Shown here: positions 13,196 through 26,300 of the stretch, piece by piece
How the letters are laid out: each line of letters starts with the position of its first letter
How positions within the stretch are numbered: the stretch's first letter is position 1
From: Trichoplax adhaerens
Lineage: Eukaryota > Animalia > Placozoa
Assembly: GCF_000150275.1 (NCBI RefSeq)
Contig: NW_002060948.1
Span: 3,175,183-3,239,182 of the forward strand
Direction: 5' to 3'
Length of the DNA: 64,000 bases
Program-made: the position numbers and the translations under genes
The notes under the pieces: model-generated
The model's input: the letters and a program-made list of their open reading frames with translations, nothing else
What the model was told of the DNA's origin: nothing
The model's database searches: none

Positions 13196-15207
13196 TTAAG
13201 ATGGTACGCTTGAATCAGTTAAAGTACGCATATCGTCATTGTACTTATTTAATGCTGCTTCTCTTGCAGCTCGTTTCTTGTCATCCAAAATACTGAAGTA
13301 ATTATAAAGTAATACGCATGGAACGATAACCAAAACGCTAGCAATAATAAATCCTGTAGATAACGTGAAATGAGGATGCCAGTGAATGCCATTCTTAGAA
13401 GAAAATAATGTCCAAAAGAAGGCAACCAAGGGAGTTACTGGTGCTTGAATAATTACTAAGTAATTAGCTCCATCTGTGTAACGAATCAGTAGTAACGAAA
13501 AAAGTTGAACTCCAGTAAAAAACAGTATAAATGCAGACGATGCACCAGCGGCCCAGGGATAATGAACGTTAGAATTACCAGTATATTGAGCCATGAATCC
13601 ACAGTACATGCCGTCTTGAAATTCTTTGAAAGATTTGGCCTGCCAAAAATATAGATACATATAGAAATTGCATTTCTCAACTCAAATTTAAAGTCAATAG
13701 CGATCAGAACAGATAATTCATAATGATTCGGACTGAGATTTCTAGTAGGAGATAATCCTAGTAAGCTATAATGTAAACATTAAATAGTCTGAAAATTTCT
13801 AATAATTATAATAAGCTAAACTCTGCCGATGGTGGGTGTGAAATTGAAGAATTAGGTTACATGTAATGGCATCTTTACATAACAGCCATTTCTGTATGCT
13901 GTTGCTTGCCATATGATGGAGCGATGGTGTTTTAGCTTGCAGTGTCTTAATATCTTTGGTAACTAATATTATAAGAACTAATCAGCTAATTCTATTTGAA
14001 AAAGTAGTATCATGTATAAAGCTAGTTGCTTCCAAGTGTACAGTCGTAATAGACAGAAATAGCATTTCTTGCAGTTTCAGTCATTCATACGGTACACTGT
14101 ATTGCATGTCAGTATAATAACAAAGTGTCGTCGGATATTTTAAATTGCTAGTATATTTTGCAATTAAAACGTTACCAATGCTAATCAATAAGTTAATTCC
14201 GATAAGACTGAGATTGAAGATGCATTTATCAATACAACTTATATTATTTTTATTAATTTACCGTTCCAAAGCCGGGTATAAATTCAGTCCAGAAAAAAAG
14301 CCCAACAAAAATAAGTTTGTAGGTTTGAATCCATGCCAGAAATACAAGAGTTTCCTCCTATTGATATAAAACATCATTAGTAAAATACACGAAGGTATCA
14401 TTTGCTTAAAAGAAATGATAAATAGTAATGCCTTCAATCCGTAAAAGCATAATTGGCGGAGTAATAAAGTTATTTTATAACTGTTGTAGCGCTATTATTA
14501 AAAATTCAATAACCTTTGCATCTTTTTTAATATATCTTTCCTGTAAAACATTTGATAGACTACTTGGTAGATATGCCAACCCAAAAACGAGCGGCCAAAT
14601 TACTGAAGCAATACCCTTCTTTCGATATTGACCATTAATATCGAAAATAATAGGTTCGAAAGAAATAAATAATCCGATTAATGTGCCACATGTACATATT
14701 AGGCGGCCAAGACTGGGACGCTTGTGCAATATCATGTAACTTAATAAAACCGTATAGGGAATTCGTAACGTCCTAAGTATAGCCTGCAAACTTGGTAAAG
14801 TTCTACTCGGTGGACTACCATAAACCACCATGAAAGCATTGAGAGTATCTAACAGACCTAGGAGTACAAGGACTTTATGTGATGTATAAGATTTGATGCT
14901 AAACGATGGATTGGTCAATTTAGCTATAATAGCGCATAACCAAAATATGACTGGAAACCAAAAGTCGCACGAAACAAGCGTAAAATATTGATTGCTAGCA
15001 CAAATATTTGATAAAAGAACTGGAAAGAACTGGTAGGGCAATATTAGCACCGCATAGGCATATAATACAGAAGATAGCAATCATAATTTTGGTAGCTCGT
15101 GGTGAGAAATAAACATTGCATATTGGTAGCGTTATGCCGGTCTTGTTGGCAGAATTAATACTGCCAGTGACTACCACAACATCGACTACATCTTCATTTT
15201 CTTCCAT
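13196..15207 (-). CDS. CRT-like transporter, copy B, 3 exons, one frameshift in exon 1 (disrupted allele, young pseudogene or assembly error)
   Basis: ATG at 15207; exons 15207-14514, 14357-14262 (96 nt), 13639-13196. Paralog homology switches frame at a 10-bp tandem duplication (15014-15033); the rest is open with SPPSRTLPSLQAIL, FWTEFIPGFG and RYTDGANYLVII intact. Confidence 0.78.
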
Positions 15208-15599
15208 TTTCGTGGATAGTACTTCTAACAAATAAATAAAATAATTTGCTGTTTATAGGTAATATAGGCAGTACTTTAGTTTGAATAAGAGCTTTTATAA
15301 TGTAGTACTTTGCGTATACGGGTATGAAATTACGCGTGTGGCAAAGCTTCCATAAATTATATACTTTAGCCAGCTGGTAGGCAGTTGCATATAATAACCG
15401 GAATTCGGGCTTTAGCTGTAACCATTTAGGACAAAGGGATTGCAGTTATGATCTATAATTTACTTCACTTGCATGGTAGATAACTAATAAACATCAGGTT
15501 GGGTAAGATTTATTGGTAAGGCATCCTACTGCTTAGCTGAAATCGAGCAATATAACATGTAGACAGACACTTGTTGATGTGAAGAACCGCATGTGCCAG

Positions 15600-15765
15600 C
15601 GTTACTACGATACGCGATGTACAGTACAATGTACAGTACGCTGCCGTGGGCTACAGTACTACTGTAATGTACCGTACAGTACTGTAAATGATACAGGACA
15701 GTCAGCGTACAGTACAGTACAATATTGCACAGTGCACAGTACAGTACGTAATGTACTGTCATGGA
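15600..15765. promoter_or_regulatory. ACAGT/GTAC-rich tract in the divergent interval between CRT-like copies B and C (candidate promoter element)
   Basis: Dense tacagtac/gtactgta repeats between divergently oriented genes; regulatory role is inference. Confidence 0.4.
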
Positions 15766-16372
15766 ACACCAAAAAATATGCTGCACCTTCTTCCAGTAGA
15801 GGTCTGATTAGTTTCTATGGCACCCGGAAACAATAAAGTTGTGTAAGTTAAATGAAGCCAAAACTATTATATATATATGTAAATATTATTTTTCGCTAAA
15901 TATTATACAGGAATTTCAATGAAATACAACTTTGATTTTTTAATGAAGGGTTGCCATCGAAAATGATCAGATTGTATGGTACTGTAGTTAGTAGAGTACA
16001 GTATCACGATAGAATATTGATGAAATCATAATTGTTTAGAGGTCAATATTATTGGTACGCTTAATCCCAGGAATCGGCCAATAAAAAGGCAAATTATAAT
16101 TAATTCTCGTCATTATTCTAAGTAATAATTAAATAGCTGAAAGCTTAGTTGTCGTCGTAGATTGATTCTAGTTAACAAATTACGATAACTGCATTTCTGA
16201 TACATCTTTTCTTGGCTGTTTTACTTAAGTATGGTAAAAGTTCATATAAGTCATAAGGGAAATTGTTATATTGTCACTCATCTCTCGATTGTAGAATCAA
16301 CGGTATTGAAAGGCTAGAGAACGAGAATACACAGCTGATATTGGAATAGATTATACCAACCAATAGGACATC

Positions 16373-16817
16373 TTGATAGAATCAAGAAAATCAACTCCTT
16401 TATTAATTAATGGCTCAACTAATTATAACCGTAAGGATGCGATTAATATCGTTTGCGATAGTAAAGACGATGCACTTAATTTAAATACTGTTACTTTATC
16501 GTATTCAATGTTTGTCGTCTCTCAATCGACTGCAAGCATATTCATTGCTATCATTACTGTTCTTAGCCAAGTTGTAATGAATATTAGTTTACCTATACTA
16601 TCGGAAATTATCGAATCTGGTCACTGTCGTAGTAATCAGTTTTTTTTGGCTTATTTTATTCTACTTTGTGGTTCCCCATTCTTTTAGGGCAGTTGTTTTG
16701 ATCGTGAAACTATTGCGCCCTACTTTTAACGTCAGGACTTACACTTCTTAGAAATATTTAATTCTTTTGGGAGCATTGAACGCTGTCAATGGATTATTGA
16801 TGGTATATGGTAGTCTA
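16373..16817 (+). pseudogene. CRT-like pseudogene, copy C (5' part of exon 1 only)
   Basis: Homology NISLPILSEIIESGHCRSNQ, then LWFPILL, then VKLLRPTFNVRTYTS*KYLILLGALNAVNGLLMVYGSL across different frames; TTG rather than ATG at the start, frameshifts near the T-run at 16640-16647 and near 16686, in-frame TAG at 16749-16751; no exon 2 or 3 recognised downstream. Confidence 0.88.
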
Positions 16818-19100
16818 TGCAGCAACAGTTAGCGAATTACAACTGCCAAAATATTACCCGTCGTCTATTAACAATTTTGTTATTGAACAAACTTGCACAG
16901 AATGTAATGTTTCTTGCGGTCTGACAAAGAGTTGATACATAAGATGTAGTGAGAGATAGATTTTTATTATTGATGAGCAAGAAGAGAAGAGTAGCGAGGT
17001 TGAGTGTGTGAAAGAGAATCATCAAGAGCCGAAAAGAGAGTCAATATATAGTGTACTGTAATACCAGTACAGAACTAGTAGGTTCCAACGTCTGATTGGC
17101 ATTAAGATGAGTTATGCTCAATTACATGCTATACGTATTCTTATACCTACAGAAAATCACTACTAGTATAATATAGGGTATGTGATACAAAACACAAACC
17201 TTTTGTTGATGTAGTTATATTTTTCGATTGGTAACGGTATTTTATCGATTAACGATTATAATTTAAAGTACTATCTCAAATTTAGCTAACAGTATCAGAC
17301 ATTCTTACAAACTTATACTTTGCTGAATGTGAAAATAAGAAGTGTTTAAAATAAATTTAAAAATGAAATAAAATGGAAGTGATCTTTCTTATTAAATGAC
17401 ATTGTGTTAGCAAAATCATGACTACAATTTCTGCTATGTTTTAGATGATGGATAGTGTAATGCTTTCCAGGTACACTCGTATATGCTTTGATTGCTTTCA
17501 TTCTAACTGACCATCCTATGTTTGCCCTATTCTAGGCTTTGCCAATAAACGGTAATATTTTTATAGGTATAGTTATTTTTCAAGGTTTCCTAGTGGATCT
17601 TAAAAAGATTCTCGGAATAACTAGGAGATCAAGCTGCCAATATTCTATGAATTTTATCATGCTTAATTCAGTCTAGTTTATGCCGAATTTTTGATCTCAT
17701 ATCCACAGCCGGCATGCCGAATAATGTTTATCGAAGTTATTCATTACCTATGGATTTAATTCTTAGCTAATAATCTAGCGGCGATATTATAGATTAAGAA
17801 TATGTATGCTAAGCTAAAAACTATTATCCATTAAGACTATTATTTACAGATCCTCTTAATTTAATCTTTGATATATTTAGAAAGTGACTAAAACAAATTA
17901 CCTAATTATCCAATTATTTGTGAGCTTAAACTCTGCTATGATGCTAAGGTGGAGCATTACCGATATATCTTCAGCGAAGATTCGCAATGTATAATGTGGA
18001 AATTTCAAGATAACGTTTTTGATAACAGAAATCATTCTACACCGAAAAAAATTTACGGTTCTCGCTAGCAATGCTCTTCCGATTGCGCATAGCGTAAAAA
18101 TAAAATTGTATTTCATACTTTGCATAAATTTTATTTCTCAATTTTTTCATCGATAGCTTATTTAAATTACTGTAATAATAAATTTTCGCAGCTTCACTTA
18201 TCTTTATTAAAGGCTAAAATATATATATGCTTTGATGGAGAGGCAAACAGATGGTACTATCTTTTCGTAAAGTAGATATATAGCATAACCAATTCAGACT
18301 CTTTCGATTTACAGATGTTTATGCAAGCTTTATTGAAAGCATTTTTATGAATGTTGGTCGTTCTGTAAAGCGAGCAAAATAATTTTATTTTATAACTATC
18401 ACTATAGACTTCATCACTATTAAAATATATTCAAGTATGTCCTAAGTAAATTAATCAGATTTCGTAATAACTTGTAATACTGAGGATTAGCGTCAGAAGT
18501 TTTTCTGAGCTATTTGTATAACATTACTTAACATAATTTACTATAAACTCAGTTCTTTTAAAGACTTACGATATTGATAAAAGCAGCTAACCAATAGGCA
18601 TATGATCACTATCACTGTTACTTATTTCGACCTTTACGATAATAGTGAGACTTTCTTTCAATGTAATGCTGTAGATCCTGTTAGAAATGGTAGATAAAAT
18701 GTCGGTATCTTCGATATCAGCTTACTAGATTACTTTAATTTTAGCAGCTCTATGAAAATTCCTTGTCATAGCCTGTTTATGGCTTTTCCATTCCTAAAGA
18801 ATAGCTAGTATTTTCCTTTATTATCTGGTTAGGCCGTTCAATTTATTACGCTCTCTTCCTTCCACGGAGCTTCGCTAATTTACTTTGCAACTTAGTTCAA
18901 CGAAAATGAAGATATGCGTAAAGTCATCTGATTACTTAACCATATGGTTATTAAATATGACCATTATCCTACTTTCACGGCCTAATTAAATTTCACTGAA
19001 AATTATCAGAATGAAAATAGATAATAGTAAAAATGCACTGAAAAGTATTACCATTTCCACATAGATTACTACTATTATCTTAAGCCTGTTTAACTTCGCC

Positions 19101-21296
19101 ATGACTACATTAGACACAGTATCTTTACTATCTTCAGAAGATGACCATCAAAATCTAGATCAAAATCTAGAGTTAAGTGAAGACGAACGACACCTAAGTA
19201 AAGATGATTGTGATGAGACGAAGAAGACTTTGCAGTTACCCTTGTGTAATCGTAGCATTTCGAAAAATCTCGCCGGCACAATAATCACCATCATTACAGT
19301 ATTTGGACAATCTGGTATGGCTATTGCTTTACCAACATTTTCAGTAGCTGTTAATACAGCTCATTGCCATAGTAATCAGTACTTTGTCTTGATTTATCCT
19401 GCAATGTGGTTTCCTATAATATTTTCCTTGATTGCCTTCGCTTCAAAAGCGATCAATCCTAAGTTTTCTCTCAAATCATATACAGCAATCAAAGCCTACA
19501 TTATTTTGGGCCTTTTATGTGCTGTTAACTGCTTGTTAGTTACATTTGCTAGTCTACCAGATAGAACACCTCCTAATCTGCAAGGAATTCTTGGCATAAC
19601 TATTATTCCATTTACTGTCATTTTGCGATATGCTATCCTTCGTAAGAAAGTTGGAGTGGGACGTTTGCTATGTACACTAGGCACTTTAGTTGGCCTATTC
19701 ATAACTTTAGTACCGAATATTTTCAACATAGAGAAAAATAAACATCATGGATCAAAATCTGTCATTTGGCCATTAATTTTTATATTAGGAATCTTACCTG
19801 CTGCCATAGCTAATGTACTGCAAGAAAAAGAAATGAAACGTGACTATAGGGTAAGCCTGAAATGCTTAAGTTCAATCGTTAACTGAGAGACTAGAATGTA
19901 GACGCTATTAAGTGATATGAGAATTTTCAAATTTTTAAAATACGAGTATACTAGTAGTATAATAAAATACCTGTACGCATGTAATTTACTGTTAACGAGT
20001 TACGGTTAGTCTCTACCTTTGATAAAATGCTATAATAAAATTTGTAGGAGGAAAGTTTAGTATTTCAAGCATGGGTTGCCTGGTATAATGTATTCTTCTT
20101 GGGTTTACTATTTTGGACAGGCTTTATTCCTCATTTCGGGCAGGTAAAGCAACTATGATTTTATCAAGAGATATATTGCAACACTTCAAAGATTTTACTG
20201 CTATGTTGTAAATTTTCTATCTCAATACAGTTGTCACAACCCTCACTTGTGGCAAAGGAAAGTAAAGAACTCTAGTGTAGTTACTTAAAACTTGGGCTAT
20301 TTCTCCCAGTACTTTCAGTTTCTATGAGAGAAGTATTTGAGAACTCGATTTCTCGGCTGATCTCCACAGACAACTGACTAATTATTACACTATTCTTCAC
20401 GATATGAGTCTTGCCGTTTCTTGAGCAATTACCTACTTTATTCTACAAACACACGCGCTTAAATAGGTTTCTACAGTGAATTCCAATATTAACGAGTGAG
20501 AATTCATGCTTTGCAAGTTACATTAATTAGTATAATACCATTACTAAATATACATGTCGATATCCTCAGACTTAGATAGCTACAAGCTATCAGGTGTTAA
20601 GACGCTTAACCTTCGTCCATATACAGCTCAATTTTTAGAGATTAACATATCTTATAAATCTACAGTAAATTAACTGCTAACAACTTCTATTTTTATCTCA
20701 TTTCTACCATCCTATTATCAGCTACAAGCGCATTAAAACATAGCACATAACCTTATCTTATCTATTCATAAACATTCATTAATTTATAGTTACTTAATTA
20801 GTAACGGCGTACCGTGACAACAGTATAAGACTTCACAATAGGAATATTTAATACATATTTGCCACAAATTACATAAGAAATTATTATGCATTGTAATTTT
20901 CATCAGGCATCTAACATACAACAATTTCAACACCAAATGGATTGCGGATTTCTGTCACAATTTGGCGGTGGTAAAGGAAAAGTACCGTCTTATCCTTGGG
21001 CACTTGGCGCTGCTTGGCTATTTATTTCTTTCTATTGCATTGCTAATCAGGCTGCGCTACTTTTACTACGCTATTCAGACGGCGCCATTTATCTAGTTAT
21101 CGTTCAAGCTATAATACCTCCAATAGTCGCCATATTTTGGACTTTATTCACACTTAAAGGTGGCTTTCATTGGCATCCAAGATTTACAGATTCGAGCGCA
21201 TTTGTCTTCGCTGGTATTATCGTTATTTTGCCGTGCATTATTATTTATAATTATTTGACATTAAAAGAAGAGAAAGCAGAGAGCAATAAAATCTAA
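19101..21296 (+). CDS. CRT-like transporter, copy D, 3 exons, 411 aa
   Basis: Exons 19101-19850, 20048-20143 (96 nt), 20907-21296, phase 0/0. Motifs CHSNQY, ASLPDRTPPNLQGIL..IPFTV, FWTGFIPHFG, LLLRYSDGAIYLVIV, IFWTLF. Confidence 0.87.
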
Positions 21297-23312
21297 TACT
21301 AAAACAATGAGATGACATAGAATTATGAACTATGGGTATCTTACAGGATCTATCATATCATAATAATTAATTTTGGAAATCTCATATTACGCAGCATTCC
21401 TGGTATTTTCGATAGTAAAGCTTAATAATTTAGTAATTTAGATTGCGAAAGGTTTCTACCATGGACTACTAAATTATATGATGCATCTAGTAGTTCATGG
21501 CTTCTACGGTAGCTCAGATGAGTTCTATTATATTGAGGTAAATCGGAAGACTAACAGTCTAAATTGTGGAAGACTCTACTATCCAAAATAAATCGAATAG
21601 CTGAGTCTTCTTAGTGAAATTATGGTAACAATGTAGAATATTAAAAGTTGATGAATTCATTCGCTAAAGTAACAATAAAAATAGAAATATGGCCGTTCTA
21701 CAAACGGAGTTACTTTCTACTACAAATATTGCAGAAACCTTATGTTTAGATTCCTTAACAACAAGTTACGATCGTTGGACTTCTATGACTTGTTGAATAT
21801 TGCATATGATTGATTGAGCTGAAAAATTCTACACTAAATATCATTTATTTATTGGTTATATTGTATAATGTTTTAATTTTTGCATAGGCATGAAAATGTA
21901 CCAAAATGAATATGATCTGATGTTCTGTCCTTTGATGCTATATCTTGATTCAGGCAGAGCAACGGATTTATAAGTATATAATGCTCCATTTTATCTTGCG
22001 AATTTTTCATAGTTAGGACCAAAGCAATCTCTATTGCATTACTTTCATCGTCTAATGAATCTTGTATTTAATTTGTTTATGAACTAAACTATCATAAGAA
22101 AACTACCCGAACCCGCACAGTTAGCTGTGTATTACATGTAATGGTTCGCCTAGTAGTGTATAATTTCGGGAATAAGTTGTCGCTGATAATTTATATATCT
22201 GTATCGTGGACGATAATTGACATATTACAGTTAGATTTGTAACTTCCTTTACTCTGTTTATGAGCTTAGTGAGCGTGCTACCGTATATACCATAAATGTA
22301 TCGGATCTGAACTCTAGATGCAGTATCATCACAGACAGTAGTGAGTGTATCAAAGGTCATTGCTTACATGATCTATGTAACTATCTATATCCTCATATGT
22401 ATCTGCTTATTAAAAGTATCCTTGATCTACTCTCTCTCTCTCATGATATATCTCTATCTTAGTAACAATACCTGTAACGTGTATTTGTGAAACTTCAATG
22501 AATCTGCTTCTATCCTTCTCAATCTATTGACATCTATTTGACGTAAACCAAATAACATTACAACCTAGACGTGCTCACTGTACAGTGTACGTGGAGATAC
22601 ATTCCTTGACCCTATTTTAAAGCCATAACCATTATCTGTGTTAAAAATTTAATAATAAACATTTAGATCTATTGTTAGGGTTCTTAGCCGACTATTCTAT
22701 GTTAATAGCGTGATCAATAATTAACAGGGATAAGTGAAGAATTTTAAAATCATCCTGTTTACGAAAATTTCTTGTATCGATTGATATGAGTTTTAGCATG
22801 ATTGAATGATAACCCTATACTGTAAACTATACAGTACAGTACAATACTATCACCGTCAATCGTTAATATTCTGTACTAGTATACTATCAGATTTTGCGGG
22901 ACTCTGGTATATTTGTACCTTTTACTTTATATTATCTATGTCTCACCATGGTCACCATTAGTCACTATTATGGTATGATTGCAATTTATCAAATCCCTAC
23001 GTTACAAAGTTAATTCATTATTGTAATAAAGGGATATTCTTGCAAATGAAAATGAAGCATTCTTCTATCAAAGATAGCAACCTGTACTTTATATGGATGC
23101 CATATTTAAATTAATGAGATCTGTAAATAATTCCATAGCTGTTTGTATCAATACAGCTTTAAAAGCATAAATTGTACATTATCGTGGAAAGAATTATGCC
23201 CAGTAGTAGTACTAGAAGGTGCCGAAAAGGCATGAGCTAACTTAAGATAAATAAACAAAGCTTGTCACGATTGCAACGTGCAATCAATTTTTAACCAGTT
23301 TCACGTTTAGCA

Positions 23313-26300
23313 ATGGCACGGAAAAATCTATTACTAATATTTATTATTGGGTCATTTTTAAAATTTCCCTTAATCGGATGTAATGGTTAGTAGAAAAATA
23401 GAGTTTTAATAGAGTGCAGTACTTTTACAGTATCGGTTAAATCTACCACAAGGTAACTAAATAATATTCTTACAAATCATTTTGACTTTGTTAAATATGT
23501 TAGATGCTAAAGAGACTTTATTAACGCTCACGGTAGCAAGTGATTGCACCGATGGATTCCAAAGATTTAATCGGTCATGCAGAATTTACGATTTAAATTG
23601 CAAGGTATTGCTAAATGCAGTATTTGCGCAGTTTCTTAGTAATGTGAATACGAGTATAACGATCACAAGGATTAAATAATAGTCATCTATCTAGATTCTT
23701 GGTATGAACAAAATATGGAAAGGTGGCAGCATGGAATTTCCAGGTGGAGGCTATAAAATTAATCTCTTAAGAAGAGAACTCGAGCGTTTAAAAGACAAGG
23801 ATGATATTATAATCGTTACAGATAGGTTGAGATTATTTTCCATAATATCAAAAGCCGTACTACGATATAAATATTTTTATCTGTAAGCATGAACCGCATT
23901 GTGTAATTCATTTTTTTCATTTACCTCAATTATTTAAGTTATGATGTCATCTATACCGCTGGAACTCAAGAAATATTGGAAAAGTTTCATCAATTTAATG
24001 CTAATGTAGTTTTTGGTGCGGAGCCATATTGCTGGCCCAATCAGGAATTAGCTAGTGTATGAATTTAAGTGTTGATTATATTCCAACATAAGTGATATTA
24101 ATGAAATATTAGATAGCTGTTGCTTTCTCACTCACAAGCCTTGTCGGATAACTCATAATTTGGTTTAGTTATTCGATATCCTATAATCGCAATATTTATA
24201 AAATAGTTAATGCAATACCTTATTGTCTAAGCACAGTATCTATCACGTTTCAGGTAGTATATAAATTTGTAATATTCTGCAATAAGTAGAGTGTCTTTAT
24301 CTATCTTTAGCTATACAACTTTATACCCAAATTATCACAAATAAGTAGGTTTTACCTAGAAAATCCTAATTAAAGTATTAGATTCAAATATTCATACGCG
24401 AATTTGTCTAACAAAAGAATATTATGGAAATACTCATGCATACAGATGGCTCTTCGCATAATATTCATATTAGTTTATCAGGGTGTTTCATTTTCTTTTA
24501 GTTATATGTTGGATTCAGAATATCATTAATTAAATACTGCATATTGTTCAAACCGTTAATATAATATCATAGAGTCAAAGTATGCTATTCCTTGGATACA
24601 ATGCTATTGATCTATACTTAATATTTATCATCCTTCTCAAAGCATTACCCAGTGGTTTCGTCTGGAAAACGATTCTTAAATTCTGGCGGTAAGTAAAACT
24701 TTCAACGATTTATTATTATTTCATTTTTGAGACTATTATTACAAATGATGCCGTAGGCTTTATCGGTCATGCAAGAACAATTTACGAAATAATCACCTAT
24801 CGGTCAATTGAAGATAGTGATGATGATCAGCTATACTATACCGAGATTTATCTCGATTCAAAATTGAGGGTGAGCAATCTGAGACTTAATTTTGCGACAA
24901 TGATGTATGCATAAATGTAATAAGAATTGAAACATCGCTCCGCAAATAAATATCATAGTAATAGAATTGATTCGTTATTATCATTAGGATAAGTGGAATA
25001 TTAAACTTGATCATAAAAGTGTCCTATTTCATAATCTCAATGGTGCTCAAGGTATTTGGCAAATTCAACCTTTATCCACATTAATGATCGCATTGTGATG
25101 ATAGTATATCTTGATACCGTGAAATTAATATTCTAGTTAAAATGATGATAAAATTCGTCAATATCATTAAATTTTGTCAGAGGAAGTCAATCTAATTCCA
25201 GACAATGGTGGTAAATATCGATTATTTAATGAAGTCTATCAAACTTTACCTATTGCAGTTCACGGCAATGGACCTACTAAGGTATGATATGCAAATAGAA
25301 GACATTGTTTACAATAATTTATCAGCTAACAGAAGGGATAATTTTTGATAATTTCTAGTGTGTTACATTTTTGCCTACAACAAAAATTGCATTAAGATAT
25401 CAGAACTTGAAATTTATTGCTATCTATTTCTAATTTTTAACAAGCTACTTATTTATTTCGTTTTACATCCAATATATCATACCTAATTCTATAGGAAGTG
25501 AGCTTAAATTATTTTGGCAACTATTTGGCAAATTATTGGAGTTTTAATGACGGATGTATAGCATGTAAAGAGAACACCATTGAACACTTAAAGGTATGAT
25601 ATATTTCACAGTTTTATGGCTTTATTAGAATGTTGCAAGCTATTTAATCAATAACAAATAAGAATAAACGTTCTTTAATTATAAAATAAATAGAAAGACC
25701 ATTATCCAAGGCTTTCTCTCGCTATATTCATCCACAAATCTGCACCGTTTACGGATGTATTTCTGCAAAGATTATCAAATCAGCAATATCCAAAAGATAA
25801 AATTGATTTATTTCTTCATATAAGTGTATGCTTGTTTTGCTTCGAATTAATCATTTATAAATTTCAGTATTAGTATAGAAGCTGTGTAGGCAATATTTTA
25901 TTTTCTTGACAATTCATTTATTATAATTTATTAATTAATCGGATAAAATTGTCGAATTTATTTTTATTTCATCGTGAAGATTGACCACCATTTGAAAGAT
26001 ACTCTTGTATGGTGGAAGAAATATTCCTCGCTTTATGCTAGTCAAGAGCTAATTGTACCATCAGATAAGATCAATCCAAGTAAAGCAAGAAATTTAGCCA
26101 TGTACGCATATATAAACTATATTAATGTTGTGACCTTCTATTGCTATCATAGCATTACAACTGCTAATCAATTTAATAAGAGTATAATGCTGATAATGTG
26201 AAGTCTTCAGATCATACATATTTAAATAATTGTAATCTTTACTCCTTTTAATTTTTAATAAATAATTTGGAAATAGGGAACAATGTCAATCCTCCAACTG

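Noticed and set aside
16565-16590. VVMNI in relic C resembling the PfCRT CVMNK (K76) haplotype
   Set aside because: Three-residue match in a pseudogene, not shared by the intact paralogs; register cannot be fixed without a structural alignment.
17440-17555. Small exon-like segments between CRT-like copies C and D
   Set aside because: Joined frames hit stops and show no similarity to CRT-like exons 2 or 3.
22137-22562. Candidate solo LTR bounded by TGTAATG...CATTACA (similar TGTAAC...GTTACA at 63238-63700)
   Set aside because: No target-site duplication, PBS or polypurine tract; TTACATGTAA is a recurring palindrome in this window, so the ends are probably chance.
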